A DNA stretch of 45,468 nt from Octopus sinensis (lineage: Eukaryota): NCBI RefSeq assembly GCF_006345805.1, contig NW_021834461.1:1-45468 (forward strand), read 5' to 3'. This document shows, piece after piece, positions 23,760 to 38,009 of the stretch. The first letter of the stretch is position 1. Each line of letters opens with the position of its first letter. Below the pieces are notes generated by a model. That model had not been told where the DNA came from, searched no databases, and worked only from the letters and a program-made list of their open reading frames with translations. Position numbers and translations under genes: made by a program.

Positions 23760-26025
23760 CACAAACACTCTGTCTTCATATTTGCTGCGTGAGACATGTT
23801 TTAATGTTGACGAGCTTGCCGAGTACATAGCCGACAATGAGCCAAAGCTCTTTCCAGAACAGAAGTTCGCTTACAATTCCGTTGTTAATTCAGTCCGGGC
23901 CAAAGTTGGGGGGATTTTTTTCCTGGACGCTCCTGGGGGCACTGGGAAAACTTTTGTCAACAAATTAATATTGGCTGAGATTAGGCGAACACAAGTCATC
24001 TGGAATTGCGGATACTTTGTTGCCAGGCGGCAAGACAGCTCACTCCACTTTCAAGCTTCCGCTTGACTTAGCGAAGACTGAGACACCAACTTGCAACATC
24101 AGTAACAGCTCCGATCAGGCAGAAGTCTTCAGACGATGCAAGCTTATCGTTTGGGATGAATGCACGATGGCCCACAGACGTGCTCTTGAGGCACTAGATA
24201 GATCTCTCAGGGACATCAAACACTCTTCAGCTCCCATGGAAGGCATAACACTTCTTCTTTCAGGGGACTTCCGACAAACACTTCCCGTTATTCCCAAAGG
24301 GACTACAGCTGATGCAGTATGTGCGTGTCTTAAGTCATCCACATTGTGGCTACTGGTGAAGACTCTCAAACTTCACACCAATATTCATGCTCATATGCGA
24401 CGTGATATCACATCAAGCAGCATTTTCTCACACCTTCCTTGCACTTGGCGAAGGCAAAATACCAGGGGATGAAATGGTAATATTGCCATCGATTCCATTT
24501 GTACCATTCTTAAAACGCCGTCTGATCTCAGAGATGCAGATCTACAAGCTAATTATCAGAATATGGATTGGATTGGCCAAAGGGCTATTCTGGCCCCGAG
24601 GAATAAAACTGTTCACCATATTAATGATGAAATGCTAAAACTCATTCCTGGGGATGTCTATGTATATAAGTCTATCGATACAACTCCTGACCCAGAGGAC
24701 GTCATCAACTATCCAATAGAGGTACTCAATTCCTTTGAGCCCCTCGGACTACCACTACACATTCTCAAACTTAAAGTTGGTGCCCCTATAATGCTCATTA
24801 GAAATTTGGTTCCCCCAAAACAATGCAGTGGCACACGTTTCATCGTTAAGTCTTTATCTCCCAATCTGATTGAGGCCACCATTATCACAGGGTGCGGTCG
24901 AGGCAACGTTGTGCTCATACCTAGGATGCATCTTTTCCCATCAGGAGCAGACCTACCTTTCATATTTCGGAGGTCCCAGTTCCCAGTAAGGCCATGTTTC
25001 GCAATGTCAATTAACAAAGCGCAGGGTCAAACACTGTCTGTGGCGGGAATACATTTGGGAGAGCCATATTTCTCTCATGGTCAGCTTTATGTTGCCTGCT
25101 CGCGTGTCGGCAGCAACAGTGATGCTTTCGCATTCGTTCCACAACGAAAAACAAAAAAACATTGTGTACAAGGAGGTTTTATAGGATTACTACGTTTCAT
25201 CATTTTCGAACACGTTAGTATTTCACTTACATACGACTCTCTTTTATGATGGCATTTACATTTTTAGGCGTTTCATGATATTAATTCACACTTAACCAAC
25301 ACCTGTCCTTCGCTCACCTCTATTTCTATCCATTCATCATCAAACCACCAGCCTCATCTTCTATATCCAACGCACATGACACATCTACCCCCTACATCTA
25401 CATTCTCACTGTTAAAGTTTACACAAGCGACAACACGATCGCAACATACACTTTGGAAACTAAGCAACAGATCATTTTATACAACAACAAATTTAATCAT
25501 AACGCCTATCAATGAAAACATCTCCACCACTGTGTTGTGATTCATCTATTCAGCACCACTACAGTCTTGCCGGTCTGACATATGGTGAGTAGATGCTATT
25601 GTTCTATATTTTATAAATTACCCATATTTACTTACCCATGCTTCATTCCCTTCTTGCCTACATAGGGCTTCCATTCTCTTCTAACACAGCATGAAGTTTT
25701 GTAACAGCACATCCGCTGCCGTTCGTGGAAAACGAGGAGACCCTATTCACCTGCGAACGTTTTACACCGCCTTCCACGACTATCAAATTCTTACAATTAT
25801 GAGAACAATAACATGGCTCTTTTCAAGGCAACCTCGCATTCAATTCTTACACCATTCTACGAGGGGTTAGGAACTCCTTTACACGGCTTTCTATACACTT
25901 ACAAATACATTCATTCGCCGTAAATTTATATCAATATTTGCCTGAATAATCATCATAATTCAGTGCAATCATTAACAGTACTTTCAAGCAATTCAGCCCC
26001 GAGCATCGCCGGGCAATTCTGCTAG
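23760..26025 (+). mobile_element. Helitron 3' half (frameshifted PIF1-like helicase) with intact 3' terminus
   Basis: DAPGGTGKT, IVWDECTM, SGDFRQTLPV, RAILAPRN, KVGAPIMLIRNL, FAMSINKAQGQTL and GQLYVACSRV across 3 ORFs; GC hairpin at 25996-26014, then CTAG at 26022-26025 followed by T. No Rep domain seen. Confidence 0.92.
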
Positions 26026-26441
26026 TATATGTATAAATGTATACACACACACATATAAACAACCCGGCACTCTCATGTGTATGGATGCATGCAAATCTTA
26101 AAATTTTCCTTATTTATTTATTCATTACCCTGCGCGCGTAAGCGAAAGCAAGGTATTGTAGTCGCTCGTCTTGGTCTGTTTGCCTAGGATATCCCAGAAA
26201 CAGTTGTAAGACTGGATTTTTCCAATAATAATAACGTACATGACTTGAGATGTTTGTCTTGCCTTAACGTTTGTCGTCCTCTTTAACAATTATATATCCG
26301 CTGTATCGGAAATCTACAATGGCTCCATAACTATCGTCTCGGCTATAACCTTTGAACCCTGGTAATCCTTTACAGCACTTACCTAGCGTACCTAGTCGTT
26401 TAGATCACCTGTGAACTAAACATCCATACTCTGTGTTTGTA

Positions 26442-26586
<145 letters not shown>

Positions 26587-27083
26587 TTTTATTTTTTATT
26601 TTTTTGTCTCGTGAAAGTTTCAAAAAAAGGTGGGTGAATGTAGCAAAGATGGTGCGTGCGAGCGACGAAACCACTTTGAGCATGATCCTGTAAATAGAAA
26701 AAAGAGAGAAAGAGTACTTTGCTCTCATGTGTTTTTCTCCCTGCCTGAGGTTACCGTGGTCTTTTCCGTAGGCTTTTCTTTCCACGGATAAGCCTAATTT
26801 TGCTTCTTATATTTAAAAAATTTCTTCTGTGATACACGATCCCTTTTGATCGCCTTTTTTTCCCCGACCCTTTTGATCGGAATTTTACTTCTTTTTCTCC
26901 TTTTTCCCCCCTTTTTCATTTTCGACAAGAAGAGCTCTACCTTTGTATTTGTCCCCTCTGTGTTCAGCCCTGTGTGGCCAATAAAGAAAGTTATCTATCT
27001 ACCTATCTATCTATATTAATGGTTTGACAACAAAAGAATGAATGAGACTTCGATATTATGTAAATAGAGGAATTTATCTGTAA

Positions 27084-27370
27084 TATAATATGTGACAATT
27101 ATTCGGTTGCTATAATAAAACTCCGATTTTCGGATTTCTATGAGCATTTTTACTTTTTTATTTTCTTCCCTTGGTTTTTTTCCACTTATTTAACGGTCAT
27201 TTTGTCTTAATAACGGTCAACTACGTAGTAATTTCCCTTTGTTTAATAGTCATTTTCATAGCATTTTTTTTCTTTCCTCGATAACTGACGAAATGCCGGA
27301 GCAGTTTTCAGCCCCGCCATCCTAAACTCGGAGTTTTATTATGACAACCAAATAATTGTCACGTATTATA
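27084..27370. repeat. Inverted repeat (52-bp arms) of the same family as 18540-18751, with an HHR-like motif at 27280-27340 (+)
   Basis: GAUAA-CUGACGA-AAUG..CAUCC-UAAA-CUC G GAG-UU|UUAUU; GAAA is changed to UAAA. Confidence 0.7.
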
Positions 27371-27519
27371 GTACTGACAGACAGACAGACAGACACACAG
27401 ACACACACACACACACACATATATATATCTAAACTAATACATCAGTTTGTTGTCTACACGACCTGTCTTCGTCTTTTGTGTTTTTGTAAATTCCAACTAT
27501 ATCTATCCATCTATATAGG

Positions 27520-27552
<33 letters not shown>

Positions 27553-27693
27553 TGTATGTATGTATGTATTATGTATGTATGTATGTATGTATGTATGTAG
27601 TATGTATGTATGTATGTATGTATGTATGTATATATATATGTATGTATATATGTATATATATGTATATATATGTATATATGTATATATATATAA

Positions 27694-27759
<66 letters not shown>

Positions 27760-27859
27760 ATATAGAAGTATATATATATATATATGTATATATGTATATA
27801 GAAGTATATATATATATATATATGTATATGTGTATATATGTATATATGTATATATAGAA

Positions 27860-27901
<42 letters not shown>

Positions 27902-28012
27902 ATATATATATATATGTATATATATAAGTATATATATATGTATATATGTATATATGTATATATATAAGTATATATATATATGTATATATGTATATATATA
28001 TAAGTATATATA
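27520..28012. repeat. (TATG)n/(TA)n compound microsatellite with AAGT-punctuated units
   Basis: Direct reading. Confidence 0.95.
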
Positions 28013-28161
28013 TTTATTGAAATGGATAAATGAATTATCTTGTTACGGATTATTCAAAATTTAACCGATACCTGGGTAGCAAAAATCACAACAGAAAAAA
28101 CACGGTTGAGGTTACGACCATGGGGTGTCGCAACCGTGCCTTAGCGCGGATAATTGAAGTT

Positions 28162-28499
28162 TTATATATTTAGTGAAGGGAAGAAATGGAGCTGAACGAA
28201 GATTCTACAAAATTCCTTTTTATTATTTTCTACACATGTTTCAAAGGCTGCAAATTTCCAAATTCGGATTGAATAAGGAGACCATTTTGCAGCTTTCTCT
28301 TCAGCATTTGTTTGGTTGCTGCGCATTTGTTTGGAGATTTAAATTCCTGGATTTTCCTGAAGAGAAAGCTGCAAAATGGTCTCCTTATTCAATCCGAATT
28401 TGGAAATTTGCAGCCTTTGAAACATGTGTAGAAAATAATAAAAAGGAATTTTGTAGAATCTTCGTTCAGCTCCATTTCTTCCCTTCACTAAATATATAA
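28162..28499. repeat. Apparently perfect inverted repeat, 143-bp arms, 52-bp loop
   Basis: 28162-28304 is the reverse complement of 28357-28499; no mismatch found by eye. Confidence 0.92.
28351..28436 (+). ncRNA. Type I hammerhead ribozyme
   Basis: AUUUUC-CUGAAGA-GAAAGCUGCAAA..UUUGCAGCCUUU-GAAA-C AUGU G-UA|GAAAAU; perfect 6-bp stem I; predicted cut after 28430. Confidence 0.82.
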
Positions 28500-28523
28500 G
28501 TATATATATATATATATGTATAT

Positions 28524-29193
28524 ATCACAATCAAGGAACGGCCATAATAGGCCATTCACCCACTAGAAATAACAGCCAAAAGCTTCAACCGCAAAATAAC
28601 ATCAATTCCGTAAACCAGGAGAAAATTAAAAAACATTTACCCTGTAATTTCTTATACGATGCACCGTTTCATCTACTGTTTAATGGTAAACTAACCTGAT
28701 TAAATTAAATCAAGCCAATCTTCCATAGGCCCTTAGAATCATCAGTAAGAAATAGCCAAGTCGGAACAGATATTTTCACGAGGCATTTCCGTCCCTGCCT
28801 CGGCAATATCTGACCTAAAATTTTCAAATCATCGCACTCGCGCCAAATTTATCGGCAGCAAATAAATATAAGCCGCCGATTCCATTACGGAATTAACCAG
28901 AAAATTCATAATTAATCAATATAGGGTGGCAAAAAATTTTGTAGAATTTTTTTGCCACCAGCGGCCTAGTGGGAAAAAATTAAATAGTCATAGACCATTT
29001 TTAAGTTCAACATCACAATCAAGGAACGGCCATAATAGGCCATTCACCCACTAGAATAACAGCCAAAAGCTTCAACCGCAAAATAACATCATTCCGTAAA
29101 CCAGGAGAAAATTAAAAAACATTTACCCTGTAATTTCTTATAAGATGCACCGTTTCATCTACTGTTTAATGGTAAACTAACCTGATTAAATTA
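28524..29193 (-). mobile_element. Retrozyme-like or PLE pLTR-like partial tandem (period about 487 bp)
   Basis: Direct repeats at 28524-28707 and 29012-29193; no long ORF; flanked by (TA)n; contains an HHR. Confidence 0.7.
28648..28752 (-). ncRNA. Type I hammerhead ribozyme with a 68-nt branched stem II
   Basis: UUUCUUA-CUGAUGA-UUCUA..UAGAU-GAAA-CG GUGCAU CG-UA|UAAGAAA; perfect 7-bp stem I; U-U mismatch at the base of stem II. Confidence 0.75.
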
Positions 29194-29277
29194 TTGATTA
29201 ATTATATATGTATATATATATATATATACAAGTATATATATATATATATATAATATATATATATATATATTATATAT

Positions 29278-29324
<47 letters not shown>

Positions 29325-29349
29325 TATATACATATATATATAATACTTA

Positions 29350-29381
<32 letters not shown>

Positions 29382-29386
29382 CACAA

Positions 29387-29775
29387 ATGCCAGAACTGGG
29401 CGCCACTGCGTGGTGCCAAGGACTCCAAATTTGCCATCAAGATGTAGGACAAGATACTGTGATAGCCTGGGCTTCAGAGGCCCACAGCTCCTCAATATCC
29501 TCCCGAAGAACCTGAGGGACCTGCATGGGGTGGATGCGCATGTCTTTAAAGTAGGACTGGATCTCTTCCTGTCAGGTGTCACGGATGAACCAACTTCACG
29601 ACAGGAGGTGCAGATGAGGGCAGCTGCATCGAACTCTCTCATGCACCAAATGGCAGTTGCTAAAAAGCATTCGTGAAGTAAAATCATGTAGCAACACCAA
29701 ATGGCGGTGCCCCAGCATGGCCACAGCTCGTGAGCGGATACTAGATAAAATAAAATAAATAAATAAAAATAAAAT
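29387..29775 (+). mobile_element. 3' end of a CR1-clade LINE
   Basis: RYCDSLGFRGPQLLNILPKNLRD..FKVGLDLFLSGVTDEP..RAAASNSL; (AAAAT)n tail. Confidence 0.75.
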
Positions 29776-29783
29776 AAAAAAAT

Positions 29784-30176
29784 TGGCTGTGTGGTAAGTA
29801 ACTTGCTAACCAACCACATGGTTCCGGGTTCAGTCCCACTGCGTGGTATCTTGGGCGAGTGTCTTCTGCCCCGGGCCGACCAATGCCTTGTGAGTGGATT
29901 TGGTAGACGGAAACTGAAAGAAGCCTTTCGTATATATGTATATATATAAGTGTGTGTGTGTATATGTTTGTGTGTCTGTGTTTGTCCCCCTAGCATTGCT
30001 TGACAACCGATGCTGGTGTGTTTACGTCACCGTGACTTAGCGGTTCGGCAAAAGAGACCGATAGAATAAGTACTGGGCTTACAAAGAATATGTCCCGGGG
30101 TGGATTTGCTCGACTAAAGGCGGTGCTCCAGCATGGCCGCAGTCAAGTGACTGAAACAAGTAAAAGAGTAAAAGAG

Positions 30177-30178
<2 letters not shown>
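29784..30178 (+). mobile_element. tRNA-derived SINE with CR1-like tail
   Basis: ggctgtgtggtaag...ggttcagtcccactg head; ends ggcggtgctccagcatggccgcagtc...taaaagag. Confidence 0.75.
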
Positions 30179-30205
<27 letters not shown>

Positions 30206-30209
<4 letters not shown>

Positions 30210-31364
30210 ACGAAACGGACGGAATCGCCCGCCGTCGTCGCTCGCCCCGAACGGCTCACAAGTTCGCCACGGAACCCAAAGAGGAGAGAGGAGAGATACA
30301 ACAACAACCACAACCGCAGCAGCACAGAGATACAGAGGCACAACCAGAGAGAACACCCAAAAGAGGCACAGAGGCAACAGAGACACTGGCTTATATTTAA
30401 CAACAGTTTATACGACAATCAATGGTTACAACATCAAATACATTTAAGGCAGACATTTAAAGAGAAGACATGCACGTGACTACTCAATACATCATACAAC
30501 AGATCAAAGCATAATAAACAGCAATTCAAGAGTACAATTTAAAGTTCACGTCCGAAGACAACAGTTCTCTAAAGTCTCTTCTAAACATCACAGATAAAGT
30601 GACATCAACAAGTCCTTTACTCAATTCTGAACATAAATACCCCCAACTCGATATCGACATATCGACAGAGTCCTTGACTGTTCTCTTCACTGTTCAATAC
30701 ACCGTGACACATATCAATGCACAACACATACCTCAATTCCTAATTGAATCTGCCAGTGTCCCATCCTCTCAATACTGCTAAATCCTCTGAATACTGCTAA
30801 TTCCCTTCTGTGCCGCCAAGCGTTCTCGCATCCAACTTGCTCCTAAAATTCCAACGCTTCTAAGATTCCAACTACTCGCTCTGACCTCCAGAATCCGACT
30901 GTCTTCTTCGAGGACCGGCCAGCGACTGCAAGATCCGTCTGTGTTCTTCGACGACCGCTCAACGACTCCAAGACCTCACTTCGTCTCTGTGCTTCTCCCA
31001 CTCCCTCATCTCCCTCTGTCTATATCGCTCATACCCTTTCTAACTGCTCTCTTAGCCTTATACTCTATCTCTATTCTCAATCTGTCCCTTACTGCCTACT
31101 GCCTATCTCTATCGCCTGCTGCCTATTACCCTCTCTTGACAGCTCTACCATACTCTCTGCCTGTCCCTCTCTGCCCCCTCATCATCTCTCACGACATATT
31201 CAAGGGGTGTCCAGAGCGACCCCTAATTCACCCGCACAAGGTCACAGGTCATTCCAAAACCCATTAGTCCTCCATTAGACAAAGAACCCGTCACATTTCA
31301 CCAGATATCATGGTGCCATTATTCCTATGTGGGTCACCAGAAATGCACCCAGCCAACCGTAACA
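30206..31364. mobile_element. Solo LTR (1159 bp)
   Basis: TG...CA termini with the inverted repeat TGTTACG/CGTAACA; ATAT on both sides; no coding motifs. Confidence 0.72.
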
Positions 31365-31951
31365 ATATATATATATATATATACGTATATATATACATAT
31401 ATATATATGTATATATATAAGTATATATATATGTATATATGTATATATATAAGTATATATATATGTGTATATATGTATATATATAAGTATATATGTATAT
31501 ATGTGTATTATATATATAAGTATATATATAACGGGAAGCTTTATGAAAATAAACATATGTATATATTAAATGTGATATATATAATGTATATATATATGTT
31601 TATATGTATATATATAAGTATATTATATATATGTATATATGTATATATATAAGTAATATATATATATATATGTATATATAAGATATATATATCGATGTAT
31701 ATATAAGAATATATATATATATAATATGTATATATGTATATATAAGTATATGTATATATGTATATATAAGTATATATATATATATGTATATATGTATATA
31801 TATAAGTATATATATATATGTATATTTGTATATATATAAGTATATATATATGGCATATATATAAGTATATATATATGTATATATGTATATATATTAAGTA
31901 TATATATAGTATATATGTATATATAGTATAATATATATCTATATATGTATA

Positions 31952-32025
<74 letters not shown>

Positions 32026-32062
32026 GTATATATATGTATTATATGTATTATAAGTATATATA
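31365..32062. repeat. (TA)n-derived minisatellite (about 30-bp AAGT(TA)nTG(TA)nTG units)
   Basis: Direct reading. Confidence 0.9.
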
Positions 32063-33943
32063 TTAGAAGAAATGAGGTAATCAGAAGATCGGATGGTTTG
32101 TATTTACAGATATTTATTTATATATTACATTTTTTACATATATATCATATCACTTAGTTCCTTAGCGCTTTCTCCCATTCTAGTGGGGTTTTTAAATGAA
32201 AATAAGTTCCTTTGCTGGGGATTTTAATCATTTTATAGTTTCTCGTTGTGATGGGGAGGAATGTAAGACAGTACAAGAGGGTGAGGTGGATGAGGAGAAA
32301 GTGAGAGGGAGAACATGTGTGTATGTTGTGTGTGTGCGTGTGCGTGTGTGTGCGGTGTGTGTGTTGTATCTGAGGTGATGCTAAAGACAAGGGAAGGGAG
32401 AGGGAAGAAGAAGGAAGAACTTTTTTGGTCTGCTGGACAGGATATGACTCCAAGGGGGTTCTAAGAATTTCAGCTTTGACCACTTCACAATGTCACTGAG
32501 TGTGTGATGGCGGGGAGGAAGCCATAAATTATATTTCCTTTTAACATTGTGGGGATGGTCAAATGTCTTTTGATGGTTTAAGGATGGGGTGGGGTAGAGA
32601 TTCTGTTGTAGCGGTGGTGGCGGTGACGGTGGTTATTGTGTTATGAGTGTGATGGTGAGGGGTTAGAGAGAGAGAGAGATGTTACGTTCCAGTGTTGGTG
32701 GTGGGGCTGCAGCTTGCAGAGCGGCACTGATACGGGTTACGTTGTAATGGTAGCGGTAGGAGGCAGCTTGACTGGGTTCGGCAGGTGAGAGAGAGAGAGA
32801 GAGAGAGTGAGGGAGGAAGAGGAAAATGTCTATTGACGGTGATGGTTCGTGTGATTGTGGAATATTTCGCTATTTTCTGGTTTTAATTTTGGTTTTTTGT
32901 CGAATATTTCCAGGCAGGAATGAAGCGGGTCGGGAGGGGGAGGGCAGTTTGTTAAAAACGGTTTTTGCTTATTGTTTTTCATTTTCATAGTTTGTTCTTA
33001 TTATATAATTTCTATTTCTACTCCTCACTCCACACCCCACCCGTCTTGTGTCAACCCACATCCGACTTCCGGTTGCTTACCGACAGCCATGAGGTCACTC
33101 TCTCACCACTACCACCACCACCACCACCGTCACTGGCCCCTCACCTCTGCCGCTGCCGCCATACATGCACCGCCACCGCCATCACCACCACCACCACTAC
33201 TATTGCATTAACTACAACTACTACTACAACCATTTCTATCAATATTATCCCTGCTACTACTCTTCATTATTACTTGTACGAAATTACTACTAACATACTA
33301 CTACTACTACTACAAGTACCCTTATCACCTTGTTCGTGTCACCTATCAAAAGTCCACCCACCCATCCATACACACAAACACACAGACGCACGCACGCACG
33401 CACGCACTACAGCCTCTGCAGTATGCCTTCATCTCCATCTTCTCTTCAGCCTCCCCCTCCCTCCTCCCACCCCTCCCCCCATTCCCTCCATTACCATTTC
33501 CCCTCCATCACCCCTCCCTCTTCTCGATCAACTTAAAATAAACGATCTTTAAACACAATTACAGTTGATTCTGAAGGAAAAGGTTGCTGCCTGTAGCCTT
33601 TGCCCCTTCAACTACGACTGCAGCATGTGACAGTGATGGTGGCTGTGGTAGCGGTGGTGGTGGAAGATAGAAGGGGTTGGGAGGGAGGGAGGGACGTTAC
33701 TCGAGGTTAAGATGGTTAATGTTCAGGTTTAACTTTGCAAGGTCAATCGTAGAGGTTCAAGGGGAAGCATTAAGAGCTAAGACGACCCCAGCAAGTCATG
33801 TGTGTACACACACACACACATTGGTACATACACACACACACACACACAAAACACACCAAACACGCATATGTATATATATAATATATATGCACCACACACA
33901 AACACACATTATATATTATATATATATATATATTATATATATA

Positions 33944-33974
<31 letters not shown>

Positions 33975-33989
33975 ATTATATATATATAT

Positions 33990-34023
<34 letters not shown>

Positions 34024-34028
<5 letters not shown>

Positions 34029-34210
34029 GGATGTTCGTTTACGTCCAATTCTCCCGTCGCACGTCACTTCCGCTCGGCCAGGATTCCCCGATGACATCTC
34101 GGTGTTTGGTCTTGCCCCACACAACGGCTCTCCACAATCTAGGCTTCACTTGGAGCAACGGCTCATATTCACTCTACAGACTAACCCCACACGGACTCAA
34201 CACAGCCCCC
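34024..34210 (+). mobile_element. Penelope-like element GIY-YIG endonuclease C-terminal remnant
   Basis: DISVFGL...RLHLEQRLIFTL, then (frameshift) TPHGLNT, matching the E..LI..L.T..P.GLN ending typical of PLE endonucleases. Confidence 0.72.
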
Positions 34211-34289
34211 TCCTCTTAGTGACTGCGCTCCACTTCTCCCCACTAGCATCTTTTATTTTTTATTTTTTATTTTTTATTTTTTATAATTG

Positions 34290-35422
34290 TCCTTATACAG
34301 TCACACACACACATACTCACGTACCCACGAACACACCTACTCCCAACACACCACACACACACAACGTACATGCACATGTACGCACACATACTTCCACACC
34401 TATACCCCCCCCCACGCGCACACACACATGCCCGTGAACACACACCAGTGACAATACCCATACAGATACGCACACTCCTATAAACACCTAGCTGAGACGC
34501 ACAGATACACGCACGTAAGCGCACACACGCACACAAGCACGCGCATGTACCTTACGCCCACACAACTCCAACCCCCCACACGCATACATTCACACACACA
34601 TACATACGTACACACACATAATACATACATAGATACATTCATACATACATACATGCATACACAAACACGCATACATGCATACATACATACATTCATACAT
34701 ACATACACACACACACATACACACACATACATACACACACATACATACACACATAAATACACACACATACACATATGCACACATACATACATACACACAC
34801 ATACATACACACATACATACATAATACACACATACATACATACACACATACATACATACACACATACATACATACACACATACATACATACACACATACA
34901 TACATACATACACACACATACATATACATACATACATACATACACACACACATACCCACACACACACGCACGCACACATACATACATACATACACATACA
35001 TACACACACATACATACATACACACACGTACACACATACATACATACATACATACACACATACATACACACATACACACACACATACAAACATACATACA
35101 CACACATACATACACACACACATACACATACATACATACATACATACACATACACACACATACACACACATACACACATACACACACATGCATATACACA
35201 CATACATACATACACACACACATACATACATACATAGATACATGCATACATACACACACACATACATATACATACATACACACACATACATACAACATAC
35301 ATACATACGTACACACACGCACATACACAAATACACCCATGCACACATACATACATATATACACATACATACACACACACATACGTACATACATATGTAC
35401 ATACATACATACACACACACAC

Positions 35423-35453
<31 letters not shown>

Positions 35454-37720
35454 CATACACACACATACACACACATACACACATACATACACACACATAC
35501 ATACACACATATACACACACATACATACATACGTACGTACACACATACACACATACTTACTTACACACACGCAGGCATATACATACATGCACACACACAT
35601 ACACACATACATACATACACACACGCATAAATACACACATACATACATAGACACATATATACATACACACACATACATATACATACATACATACAGACAC
35701 ACACATGCACACATACACGCATGCACACATACATACATACATACACATACATACACACACACACATACACACACATACACACATACATACATACACACAC
35801 GGGTACATATACATACATACATACACATACACACTTACACACATACACACGTACATATATACATACATACATACACACACACTTACATACATACACACAC
35901 ATACATACTTACACACATACGCACATACATACATACACACACGCATACAAATACATACATACATACACATACACACACACATACACACATACATACATAC
36001 ACACACATACATACATACACACATACATACACACATACATAGATACATACATACACAAACATACATATACATACATACACACACACATACACACACATAC
36101 ACACACACGCACGCACACATACATACATACATACATACACTTACATACACACACACATACATACATACATACATACATACACACACACACTTACACACAT
36201 ACACACATACATACACACATACATACATACATACACACATACACACACACATACATACATACATACATACGCACATACACACATATACACACATACACAC
36301 ACATACACACACATATATATACATACATACACACACATACACACATACACGCATGCACACATACATACACTATACATAGATACATACATACATACACACA
36401 CACATACATATACATACGTACACACACGCACATACACACATACACACATACATACACACACATACATACATGCATACACACATACACACACACATACATA
36501 CATACATACATACATACGCACACACACTTACACACATACACACACATACATACATACATACGTACGTACATACATACATACACACACACATACATACATA
36601 CATACATACACACATACACACATACATACACACACGCATACATATACTTACATACATACACATACACACACATACACACATACATACACACACATACATA
36701 CACACATACATACATACATAGATACATACATACACACACACGCACATACATATACATACATACATACACACACATGCACGCATACACGCAGGCACACATA
36801 CATACATACACACACACATGCATACACACACATACATACACACACATATACACACATACACACACGTACATACATACACACACATACATACATACACATA
36901 CACAAATACATACATACACACACGCATATATATACACACATACACACATACACACATACAAACACACACACACATACGTACACACATACATACATAGATA
37001 CATACATACACACACATACATATACATACATACATACACACACATACACACATACACGCCTGCACACATACATACATAACATACATACACACACACACTT
37101 ACACACATACACACATATAAACATATAAACACATATAAAGCCTCTACATTGTACACACACGCACATATATACATACATTCACTCGCACGCACGTACACAC
37201 ACACGCACACACACATTTACATATATATACTATACACGCACACACACATACACACGTACAAACACACACAAACTCACATACATACCGACAGATATACATA
37301 CACAATATACACCTATTCGCGCACGCACACATACACATAAACACATAAAAACGCACACATACACGCACACACATACACGCACATACATACACACTCACAC
37401 AAATGAACCCACACATACATCCCTACACACACACGCACGTACAAGCACACACGCACACATATACTAAGTTAAGCACAGTTACTCGCCACACACCCAAACT
37501 CTACGCATACACACACGAACACACACATGCACACACATACACTACAAATAACACACACACACGATACATATACTTACACGCACACACATATACCCCTTTG
37601 TTTTCGTCCTGGTTTTGACCTTGCTGGACACAAAAAAGTGCCACTCCTTTATGACACACACACGCACGCACGCACAAACACACTTGTCATCCTTGCACAC
37701 ACACACACACGCACCCACAC
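34290..37720. repeat. About 3.4-kb compound (CA)/(CATA) microsatellite
   Basis: Direct reading; source of the spurious YVCM/HTHI ORFs. Confidence 0.97.
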
Positions 37721-37872
37721 ACATTCCTTGTCTTTGAAACTCTCTTGTTTTTAAAAATCATGATTCGTCTACCTTTCAACTTCTGTTCTTTCAACATGTG
37801 ATCTCTTGAGCACCACCAGCAAAAAAAAATTTTTCCTCTGTCTTCCCTTCTCGGGATCTTTCCTTCTCCTTT

Positions 37873-37907
37873 GTTTCCGACGAAGAGCTCCGCTCGAAAC
37901 GTTAAAC
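37873..37907 (+). ncRNA. Minimal HHR-like motif, CCGACGA core
   Basis: GUUU-CCGACGA-A-GAGC UCC GCUC-GAAA-CG-UU|AAAC; palindromic AACGUU stem III. Confidence 0.68.
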
Positions 37908-38009
37908 CCTCCTTCCTTCTTTCCTGAGCGTCAAATAATACTTTAATTGTTCCCACGTCCTCGCGTTGCTGTGTTTTGTTCTGTGTTTTCTTGTTTGGAT
38001 TAACTATAT

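Noticed and set aside
26185-26290. GAAACAGTTGTA|AGAC half-ribozyme related to the 10-kb family
   Set aside because: The CUGA half is absent; it is a fragment only.
27356-27967. 203-aa Y/I/M-rich ORF, and similar ones at 26433, 29208 and 31329
   Set aside because: Microsatellite artefacts.
33565-33612. CTGAAGG followed by an AAAGG/CCTTT stem
   Set aside because: Core is altered and no GAAA follows the stem.
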